NCBI RefSeq assembly: GCF_021028975.2
Contig: NC_059432.1
Span: 82,770,001-82,834,000 of the forward strand
DNA length: 64,000 bases
DNA from: Sphaerodactylus townsendi
Lineage: Eukaryota
Reading direction: 5' to 3'
Position numbers and translations under genes: made by a program. Shown piece by piece: positions 48,701 to 60,700 of the stretch. The first letter of the stretch is position 1; each line of letters starts with the position of its first letter. The notes below the pieces were generated by a model, which was not told where the DNA came from, did not search any database, and saw only the letters and a list, made by a program, of their open reading frames with translations.

Positions 48701-51700
48701 TCCTAAGGGCTTTCAGACTGGCAACGCTCCCCACGCCGTGTAGAAGAGTTACGACACGAAAAAGTGTGTCATAATTGTGTCACTTCAATAGGGTTTCTGG
48801 GCAGCAGAACATTTTCTGTTTTCACCCTTTCTGCACGACCTGAACCCCTGCTGGTGGTGGCAGGACTATGCCACTGGTCACCATCCTCAGCCGCTATGTA
48901 CTGCCCTCCTCCCTGGACTGGCCCATGTGTCATGTTAACACTTATCCTTTAGTTCAGTTCTGTTTCTTTAAACTTTTGTTGAAGTCTACAATCCAAATCC
49001 TAGTTAACTGTTTGTTGAATACACTTCACGGATACATGCCAAATGGCTCAATGGACCTATTAAAAGACTATAAAGATGTTTCCACAAAGCACCAAAAACT
49101 AATTTTGCACTTTTAATTCTCTACTAAGTGATTCTTTTCCATACAACAATTAAAGACATTTCAACTACTAACCTCCTGTTTCTTTTGCTTTTTTGATTCT
49201 TCAGCTGCAATGCCAGCAGCCTCATTCAGATATTTATTGCCCACTTTGCTTTCAAACCACTTGAGATCTACAAAGATTTCACTGAAATGTTCACGATCAA
49301 ACTGTTAATGAAGATAAAAAATGAAATTATATAGAACATTTGCTAAAATAACCAAAGAATATGCAAGACAGGCCATAACCATTGTACAATATTATGAAAA
49401 GGCCACTGAGTTGGATTCGACAAATGACAGTCACCAGAGACATAGCTGGGCCACTCTGGCTTTTACGCGTCCCACCCACCCTGCGGTGCCCCCCTCCCCC
49501 CGGTGGGCTTCCCCCACACACACTTACTTTAGCAAAACTGAGCAGGCTGAAGAACAGGCCTGCCTGTTCTGGTGGGAACTACATTTCCCAGGGGCTCCTG
49601 GGAAATGTAATTCCCACCAGGTCCTTTGCAGCCTGGAAGGTGACAGGCAAGCTTGTTCTCCAGCCTGCTCGGTTTGCTAAAGTAAGTGGGGGGGAAAGAA
49701 GATTACCCATGCCACGACACTTCCCCACACTTACTTTAGCAACCTGAGTAGGCTGGAGAAACAGGCCTGCCGGTGTGGGAACTATATTTCCCAGGAGACC
49801 CTGGGAAATGTGGTTCCCACCAGAACAGGCAGGCCTGTTCTCCAGCCTGCTCGGGTTGCTAAAGTAAGTATTTGGGGGAAGTGCCACGGGTGGGGGGGAG
49901 CGCTGTGGGGGGGAGGGGGAATTTTCCACCCCCACGTGACCCAAAGCCGTGCGCCCGATGCGTGGCACACACACCCCACTCCCTGGTAGCTTTGCAACTG
50001 ACAGTCACAAATTCACTGCTGTGTCTTGAAGCATGCAGGGGAATCACTCTGGCACCTAGAAGCTGTCTGAGTGGCAAGTTTCCTGAAGAACCTGCCATTC
50101 ACTGGCGGTCTGGATCAGCCGCAGGGGGGCAGGACAGAGAGGACCTGAGGAGCACAGTCTCCATTCTGATCCACTACTCCACATCATCAGGCCATGCTAC
50201 TGGGGCCAGCTGCTCAGTCGGATTCAGACATCCCTCTCTCGGTTGCATGCTATTTGGCACAGTGTCCTGTGTTGCTTTAATTTTGTCACAGCTTTAGGAT
50301 GGTTTCAGGCATTGGGCCAGATCCACAAGTGGCGGGGAGGCAGGGATCCTCTTAAGGTTCTGTGGGGAGGGGGGCATGCCCAGGTCAGGGGCTGTTGTCT
50401 GGCTCCACTCTTAGGGGACAAGGGAACTATGCAGAAGCATACATCCACGTGGGTCCACTGGTTTGCCATTTCAGGTTCACCCCCAGAACACGGGTTGGGA
50501 AAGGATTCCACTGGTTCACAGGCAAGTCACCCAATGCTTGGATCTGTGTCCTATGTATTTTTCCAACATTTTAAACTGTGGCAACACATAATCTCTGAAA
50601 CTTCACATTCAGAATATGCTGCATTCACCTGCAGTATGCTTGCCAATTCAAAATATGGAAGACAGCCCTTAGACTCCCAATCGTACTACCCTCAAGTGGT
50701 CAGTCACGTTTGTCTACTTAATAGGTAGAAATCTACTTTTTTAAAATGAAAATTGAAATTCTCAGAACCCAAGAAAGAACGTGCAAGCTGAACACACATA
50801 GGAGGCCAAATACTGAATGGCCACCATATTATACAAGACTAAGGCTTTGTAAAGTACACACAAAATGTACTTACATCTGACAGTTTTGCCAGGTACTTTT
50901 CAAAACGTGGTAAGTTGAGGTGCCCATTTTCATTAATGTAACCTATTGAAGAAGAACATCTTATTTATTTTTACCCTATTATTCCTCTCAGGCTGCAATG
51001 ACAGTAGCATGATTTACGAGGTTCGCTTCCATCCCCTGCTCCACCACTTAATTTCATCTTCACCATCATATGAAGTAAATTCGGATGAAATGTAATAGCT
51101 GACTCAAAGTGACCCAGTGATCGTCACAAGAGAGTGGAAATTTACATCGCAGTTTTATCCCAACTCTTTTGACCACTGTGCTACCGTGCTGTAATGATTA
51201 GTAATATACCTACAGAGATTCACATGATTTTGGATCCAATGAACTGTAAAAATAAATTCCATTCAAGAAAATGATCCTTTCCCCCCCTCTCTCTGTGGCC
51301 CTAAATCCCCCCAAAGTTGTTCCTGAGAGAGGAGGACTCTCCCATATCACGTGAGTATTTCCCTAAGCAGAGCAACATGTTGCACAAGTGCAATTTCTGC
51401 TAATCTTTCTTTTAGCAACTCCCCATGTCACAGCCCACCCTGTTACTAAGAATTTTCCAATTCTCAGAAGCAACTTTTTGAGAGGTACAGGAGATTGTAG
51501 TGGAAAAGAGTAGACACATTTCATGAATTTATTCCATTCACAGTTCATTGGAATAAATAAACAGTGCCCAGAACAGACAAAATGTTGAAAAGAAGCAGGA
51601 GTTTCCCAATGAGAACACACAACAACACACCTAAGATGGAGTCCACTACCATCTTTTCCATTCTGTCACTCTCTAATACCTATGACAGCTTGCTACAACA

Positions 51701-54700
51701 TACAACATGAAAATAATAACATAAGGCAGGCAGCTTACCGTCAAGTTCAGGCAATACAGCCATGTATGTTCTATAAAGTAATGGCAGTGCATCATGGTTA
51801 ATATGCAAATGAGGTAGATGAGGTATAAAATCATTTCCAACAAGAAAGCCCATTAAGATCCAATCATCTATTATGCTTTCAACTTCATATTTAAATGAGA
51901 GCTTGTCCTGTTAAATGGAGCAAGAATGTAATTTATTAATATCAGTGTCATATGTAAACCATTTAACAATTTTGCCTGCAGACCACTCATACTTACCTTA
52001 ACTGGTGAAAATTCATACTCAATATATTCTCTCATTAGTGACAAATGCAAAAGATGAAAAGTTGTTTCTTCAGGAGCACATACTCTGTAAATTGTCAAGG
52101 AGAAGAACTGGTAAAACAGTAAATATTAAATCATCCAGTATTGAATATTAACACTTATGAATGGCATTTTGGTTTAACATTTTACATGGACTGAATCAAT
52201 AGTTTTTACAACTAATTACCTTTGTGACTTTTTGCCACCAAATCTGACCTCTTCTCTTAAAAGGGAGAAATTCGGCTCATGGCTTGTTAGTCCAAGCATA
52301 ATCTGTTGAAACAAGTATTCTGAAATAAACTTTTGAACTCAACTGTCTCAATAACTTTTTTTTGCCAGCTTTAAAATCTAAGTTCTTTACAGCAGTACAA
52401 AAAATCCTGGTTCAAATGCTGGTCCATACTGAAGTCAATGGGTGTTACTATGCCTTCTTACTTCAATTAAGCAGCACTCACTCAGCTCAACACATGGCTT
52501 CTAAAATACTGTATTCCTGAGACTGAAATCTTAATATGTATATGCATGCACTTTTTCAGTGTATAGGGAAGGATATAAATCCAATAAATAATTTTTTTGT
52601 GCATACACACACCCACACACACCCGTGTGTGTGGGTGTGTGTGCATGTGTATCTATATATCATTTATTCCCAAATATATCATTCCTTCCCAAAAAAAACA
52701 ATCAATAAAATTTGAAATAAACATACCAAGTCAGCATCTAAACCATACAGACAGTGTCTTGTATTTGGGTCATGGTCAGGCTTTGCTTTTTCTGATCTAA
52801 TAAATTCCATAATTTTATGCTCTCCTTCTCCTGGAGTCTGAATGAAAAGTAAAACAAATTTTAAAATTCTGCTTTGTTAAATATTAATTGTAAGAAACCT
52901 CTATTAATATAAAAAGTAACCTCATGTCCTGATAAGTAGACAATTACTCCTTGCCAAGATTTGTCTGTAGAAATCTTCATGTTTACAAAATACTTCAGAT
53001 GTTCATGCAATCTGGCCATGAACTCAGTCCCTGGTAACAGAAATCTCAGAGTTACGCTTTAATACATGAAAATCTCAAAACATGATTTTTGTAAAAAATT
53101 CAGTCATGGAAATATTTATAGCAAATGTAAGGGACACACAGTAATTCAGGATTGGATCTGTTGAAGCAGAAGTACAGCAGAGTTTGTAGATGGGATAGAA
53201 GAAGATGGAATAGAAGGATAGGATAGGGTAGATAGAATAAGACGGGATAGGATAGGATAGAATAAGATGGGATAGAAGAAGGCTTCCATGGGATAGACAG
53301 CAGCATGATCGATAAGAAGTCAAAAGACTTCTTTAATAGTGTGGCTGTTTCTACACGGGCAGAAAACAGCGACCTGGGGATGGTAAAAACACGGTCCCTG
53401 GGGCGTTGTTCGCCCCCCCAAGTGGTGCGAAGATGCCGCTTTTAAAACTCGCTCCCTGAGCAAGGTTTTTCAAAAGCAGCTTCTTCCCGCCAGTGCGGTG
53501 CGAAGCACACTGGTGTGAGGGTGCCGCTTTTGGACCCTCCAGTTTACTGTTCACCTACCTCTCCTCCCTGTACAGCTCTGGACGGCTGGAGGGTCACACC
53601 CACGCTGCCCACCGTCCCCCAGAGGGCAGCATGGGCATGTCCCTCCAGCAGTCCAGAGATGTGCAGGGAGGAGAGGTAGGTGAACGAGACGACCCATGAG
53701 CAGATCCATGTGGAGCCACCTCTGTGAGTTGCAGCAGCCTCGTGCGAACGGTCTTGTGCATCCACCAGCATGAATTATGCTGGTGGAGAGTCGTTTCCTG
53801 CCGCTGTGCAGAAACGGCCTAACAGTCAGAGTCTGTTGGACAAATGAAGAAGTGGAGTGAGCACTGCCAGAAAAATAGGACCTGAAAAAACTTGTTTAGG
53901 ATAGTAGCTAAGGAAAGTGTGTGCATGCTGGAAGGAAGTGTAGGAGAAACAGAGCAGTTACTGTTATTTAAACAGGCTTTAAGAGCCCCATGATGCAGAG
54001 CATTAAGCTGCAGCACTGCAGTCAAAGATCACAACCTGAATTCGATCTTGATGGAAATCAGTTTCAGGTAGATGGCTCAAGGCTGACTCACTTCCATCCT
54101 TCTGAGGCCAGTAAAACTTGAGTGCCCAGCTTGCTGGAGGTAAAGTGTAGATAACCAGAAAAGGCAACGGCAAACCACCCCATAAACATAGTCTGCTTAG
54201 TAAACATGTGCTTAGTATCTTAAAACCTGGAACCCTTTTATCTCCTACCAGATGAAATGTAAAAAAAGATTTGCTAACTGTAGGCTTTATTCATTAAAAG
54301 CAGTGTGTAGACTCAACTGTAGTAGAAATAGAATACAATTATAAGTATTTTAGTATGATGAAAGCAAGTAAATGAGGACACAGAGAAGAGATTAATCCTG
54401 CTTTGTGAAGAAGTGGGAAGTTTTTGTATTTAGGGCAGATCATTTGTTAAAATGCAAATGTAAAGTACTGACATTGTATTTTTAAACCGTATATTAATAA
54501 AGTGGTTAAAAAAGTAGACATTGTGATGTGATGTCACCTCATGAGTTAGTAATGACTTGGTGCTTGCGTAGGGGACTACCTTTATCTTAGACAGACTTTG
54601 CAGGGATGGTAGGTAGTGATGTGGTTTTCTTATATTATTTTCCTTGTTTAATATACTTTATTGTGCAAATCTGTTCTATTATTTAAATCTTAATGAGTCT

Positions 54701-57700
54701 GTAACCTGGAAAAAAATCTATACATTTAGTGCTCAACCGTATCAGCTGGCATGCTATATTAATAATTGAGGATACCTTGGGGACAAAAACGTTTAGAATG
54801 TGTTTGCTCATGTAAATCTGGTCTTATGCATGTCCACTTTGTTTCCAGAACTGCCTAGATAATCACTGCCCAAACTAAATCCTGAAACTCTGCTGGTGTG
54901 AACTGCTGATGAAATTTAAAAGGGCAGTCTCATAACAATGACTTTGAGAGCTCTGCTGCATTCCAAAGCAGTCACAGTGAGTTCTACGTAAGAACTCTGA
55001 AGACTTGAAAGTAATCTCCTAAATATCTAAAGATTTGAAAGTAATATCCTTTGATGTCAAATGAGTTACCAGATTCTTATGATTTGCAAAAGAAAGAAGA
55101 CATTTTTTACATTGGTATGTGAAAGTAATAACAAAGCAAATTTTCCCTACCTGGTGTAATGCAATTGGAATCAAATCTGGCTTCTGTGGGAAGAATTTCT
55201 CCTTTTTCCAATGCCTTTTTAATTTTGTCCTCTGCCTCCTTTGCTGACCTGTGACATCATCACAGTTTAGCTTTTATTTAGTACTTTAAAGCATTCAAAT
55301 CACTTCACAAACATTGTTAATAATCCTCACAACATATGGATGAGGTTGAGGTGAAATAAGGTTTGAAGACAATAGCTTGCTTAAACCCTAAGGGTTGCCA
55401 ATTTCTAGGTGTTTGCTAAAGTTCTCTTGTTACTCCATCTGATCTCTAAGCAAGGGAAAACAGTTCACCTGGATAAAATGGCTGCTCTGGTATGTGGACT
55501 CTATGGCATTAAACTGCACTGAAGTCCTTCCCTTTCCCAAACCCCATCCTCCTCATGTTTCACCCTTCAAAGCTCCAGGTATTTCTCAGCCTTGAGCTGG
55601 CAACCTTAAAGAGACCTAATGAATCCAGATAAGCTTTGTACCTGGGTTTATTGATACACAGTTAGCACTTTTTAAAAACTATATATTGCTGTAAGCTATC
55701 AATGTAAAATAAAAAATATGTAAACTATTGGCTCCTTAATAGCAAATGATAATTAAAAATATACACAATATTTAATTACAATTCTAGTAAAGCCAGAAAG
55801 CTTTATTTATCAATTTTTTTTAAAAAAAGTTAAGCATGCTTTTACTTCTATTGAAATCAATGGTTTGTTCTCAGGTTTCTTTCTTTGAATTCCTGCCCTT
55901 AAACTGTACATTTTAACACATACATGGAATTTTCAGCAAATATGTTTCTACATACATAAAGAACCTCTAAACTATACAATATTGTAAAGCTTTAACACAA
56001 TAAGCGAGGAAAAATGTACAAGAATTTAGACTGCACAAATGTTAAAAACCCTAAAGAAAAAAGTGAAACGAGTATTTGAAAGTCAGCAGTACAACCAAAT
56101 TAGTAACGTAAAGGTCTGAGGAGCAATTTTCAAGAAACAAAATGATAAACCGTATCTCATCTCAATGTAATTTTCACAGATGCCAACCAATGAGGCCGAG
56201 AAGCCCAGTGAAACAAGCTTCAAAAAATGCACACACCTAAAGCGCCTGCCACGTTGCTGGTTCATTTTTGCTCTTGGAGCCACTCCATCAACTGCCATGA
56301 AGAAAACCTTTCTTGGTTTAATAATACGAAACAGCACTTCCACATAGTGAAATATATCAGCAAAGATCTTGTCTTCAGAGATTCTGAAGTGGACATCATC
56401 ATCATTAGGGTGTGAACACTGATGAATTATGCCATTCATGTCCAGGTACAAGTTGTCAAATTCTGGAATCTAACAAATACATTTACCACCATTAATAATG
56501 TAAAGTCCATAAACAGTTATTAGTATGTCAAGCAAGAATTACATCTTCTACAATTCACAATCACACCAATTCATTATAACACCTGTTGGTCTCTAGTTCA
56601 ATATTGTATTCGATAGTCTGTTTGGCATGACTGCCTTATTGCTACATTCTATTTTTATTCTTGGCCAAAACAATTGTAAAGAAATAAACCGGGGTTGTGT
56701 TCCCGGTTTCCAAAGAAACTGATCTGTTCTTTACTAGTGTGTGTGTTAAGTCATGGTGACCCTATGAATCAACGTCCTCCAAAATGTCCTATTGTTAACA
56801 GCCATCTTGCAAGTTATTTTAAAAAATGACCTGCTTACAACTTGCAAAAAAGCTCTGGTTTTGAGTGCTTAGGGATAAAAAGCAAAATGAGATAAAAGTA
56901 CAACCAAATAAATGTTACGGTGGTTTCTTTTACCTACTAACTATGGGTGTTCAGAACAGCTGGTGATGACAGGGCTGAAGACACAAGAAAAGTTTCGGAA
57001 AATAGCATATTTCTCCCTCAGGTATTACTAAACACACCCATAAGTATTACTGATTGTAATTCTCATCTTTTCAGAAGCAACCCTGTAAATGTAATAAGTG
57101 AGACAAGTTTCTGATGCTATCATAGTGCACGTAAGACCTTCATTATTTCCATAATTTATATGACCTAAATCCTCACTATAAGTACCTGCTTAAACTTCTA
57201 TCTCAAAGTGACTTATAATAAACACAGTGGCTAAAAGGAGTCTGAATTTTGTTCCAACGAAACAAGTAACATAATTAGCATTTATAGCTCATACCCATCC
57301 TTCTAAGTAAGCAAAGCAGAAAATTATGGACATGTCTTAGCAAGCAAAATCCAAACGTAACACACTTCCTCCTCCCTTCCATTTGTGTAGTTTCAGTAAT
57401 TGACAACCATCTTTATTTACAAAATATATACCTCATCTTTCTGCCCTCATCATAGCCAAGGTGGATAGCAGATTAGAAACATATGCAAAAAAACCATGTC
57501 TGACATGGACCCCGTGTTGCAGAGGATCAAGAAAAAGTAAGTGTCCTGCAACATGTTCTATTGCCGCCACCCCCACCCCGCTTTTCTCTAGTGCAACCAG
57601 AAACACTAGACCTTTGTTGGGTACTTACAGTACCTCACTAACCCCAGAAGTTTATTGGGATGGTTTGGATTCTGTCTTATGTTAGAATGGGAAATGACTG

Positions 57701-60700
57701 TTTGACCATTTCCAGCTGAGTACAACTTGAATATCTTTCTATAACCAAAGTTGACAAACCACAACATACTATAGTCTGGACTACAGAGCACCGTCAAGGG
57801 GCAACAGAAATGGATGGCCTCGCCTTGCTGAAGCAGTGTCAGACTTTATACCTTTGTGTTCCTTTTCTACAGTTGTTGGTATTTATAGCTTACCAGTTTG
57901 ATGTTTAACTATTATCACACTGATTGTGAAATGCAGTCATTACCACCACCAGTGCTCTGTCAACAGAATTTATTTACTTGGAACAGTAATACACTCACAA
58001 CAAGCCACATATGGCTCTTCTGAGGACCACTTCCCAACACAGCACCCACCCAATGTTTTGGAAAGGAAGGCAAAGCTCATGGTTTACAGTACAGCTTGAG
58101 GTTGGCAGTAGTTCCTGCCCTGAAATAGTTGCCACTGGAGGAACTGGAAGACCAGTAAACTGTGAGCCTCACTGAGATTCAGGGGTCTCATGCTAGGGAT
58201 GGAAGTAAAGCAAGCTGGCCACAGCACACTTATGTTATTTGCCTTTCTGATTAGTCCACTTGCTCTCATCCAGGAACCTGGGCATTCTCTGTTGCCTGAG
58301 CTATTGTGACTCATGCTGAGGGGAGACAGTGAACGCAGAGACAGAAACTCCTTCCATCAGTCCAGATACACAAAGGTTTAACAGTTGTGGGGAGAGACAA
58401 CTCAACACGCACATCAGTATTCTGGTGATTTAAAATGTTATCGTTATATATTTATCATAAATACATATCTCACTTTATTATACATGTGAGTTTGACAGGA
58501 CGGTGTGCGAGCCATACAGTAATCCTGTGGCTCATTACATGTAGCACTTCCCTGACTACCAAGTATCAGAAACAGACTTCAAACCAGGACATGCTATTCT
58601 GGTTTGTAGCAAAAGCACTAACCACAGTTAACAGATTAAATTAGCATGTTAATAGCACAGTTACAGATTAAAATATTAACTGTTGCCAAGAATAAGAAAC
58701 TGAAAGGGAAACAGAAACAGAACAGAAGAAGGAGTGAGCAAGCCCACAATTTGTTTCAAATCATCTAAACAACCATTTGGAGAATCACTTGAATCAAACC
58801 TTTTTTAACCCCTGTACCCCTTGGAAACCTATTTCCCTAAGATTGTACCCCCTTATTCTTCTGTGGAAGGAGATTTTCCTGTATCTTCCATCAGTAACCA
58901 AATAAGAAAAGTTGTTAAGATGAAAGCTCTTAGTTGCTGCTGTGTTAGTGGAATGATGAAATATTTGGCCCTGATCTGTAAGGGGCATGAATTCCCAGAG
59001 TTCTTGGAGAATACACTCTCACATTTGTAGGCAGCACAGTTTGACATTCATGATCTCCTAATCTTTTCTTAATTTCTTGCAGAATGAAGTTCTCGCAGGA
59101 TGCCAAAGACTACAAAACTATGCCAGTTTTGCTGATCTTGAATTGTATTCATTTGGATCATTCTGAGAGGTGAGTTTGTTTGTTTGTTTGTTTATATTCC
59201 ATCCTCACCAGCAGGGCTCAGAGCGGCAACAACACAGAATCCATACACAGTAATAAATAACAACAGTACAGCGATTAAGACAGCAAAACCAACCACAGAT
59301 GGCAAAAAATCCCCCTCTTTTACTGCACCCATGGGAGACCAACAATAGTGAGGTCAGGCTGGCTGGCTAGATGGGAATGCCTGGTGGAAAAACTCCATCT
59401 TACAGGCCCTATGGAACTAATTCAAGTCCTGCAGGGCCCTGATCTCACTGGGGAGCTTATTCCACCAGGTACAGACCAGGGCTGAAAAGGCCCTGGCCCT
59501 TGTAAATGTCAAAACAGCATGTGAAATAGTAGGCTAGAAGGATCAGATCTGAAGTGCAACTTTAGACAGTATTTAATTGATTGGACTCAGGCTTTCATTT
59601 CTAGAGGAAATAGCCTTGATTCTTGGCATTGTGTTGCATAAGTTTGGAACTCTTGAGTATTTTGCGCAGAAATAATTCTTGAATTTGCTCTACTTGTTTT
59701 AAATGCCTGAATCTAGACTGGGATCCCATACAAAATTTGTGGGGTTATTTTGGCTTTAAAAACCTGGGCCAGAGCTGGGACAGATTGGTTGCCCTTGCCG
59801 TATAAAAATTGGGCAACTCCTGCTAGTGAGCATTTAGCTGCTGTTGTCACTTCAGATCCATGGATAGACCACTTAAAACTGTGCTGAAAAGAAGTACTTA
59901 AACCCCCAAGTTAAGGAATTAGAAAGTCTTTTTCATCTACTTCCTCTACCTTCCACTTACCTACAAAACCTGGATCTCTTGTATAACTGGTGTGTTTGCA
60001 AGTTGAACAGAAAACAGAGAGATGCAAAATAAATGTATTTTGTTAGAAGAAAAGAAAGCAGAACTTTTATTCAGCTACAAGGGGACTCTTGTTTTGGAAA
60101 AATAAACGAAAACATATTTAGACCGTTGCCAATATGAACACGTTTATCCATTTCTGCTAGTTTATAAGCTCTCTGCATATTAAAGTCAAATTACAACGTT
60201 ACACAAGAGACCCAGGTAACTTTATATCAACATTTTGCTGCTACTGTTTTAAAATAAATGCAACCACCAGAATCTGCAATTAGCAGCACAGGAATGACAG
60301 AAGGCGAGGATGGCAGTGCTCTTTTCCTCTCAAAATTACCTCCTCACTTTTCTCGCAGATCACCCAGCTACGAAGGACCTGAACGCACAGTCCAGCCAAG
60401 GGGAGATAAAAGGACCTGCTTCTACCTGCGAACCTCAAGCCCCTTCCGCACATGCAGAATAATGCACTTTGCCGCTGTGTGGAATAGCAAAATCCACTTG
60501 CAAACAATTGTGAAAGTGTGCTGAAAGTACATTATTCTGCGTGTGCGGAAGGGGCCTCAGAGTCATTCAGCACAGCAATCGTTATAAATATGCTATCCAG
60601 AAATGCCAGCCTGAATGTGCGTCTTCGCCGAAACTGGGTCAATCACACACGCAAGGAACGGCTTGGTATTGCACAAGGAAAGTCGTTCCCCCCTGCCTCG

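Noticed and set aside
49321-50728. Many overlapping ORFs and repeated units resembling an array
   Set aside because: Internal inverted repeats of a hAT element in intron 9; not CRISPR-like and not coding.
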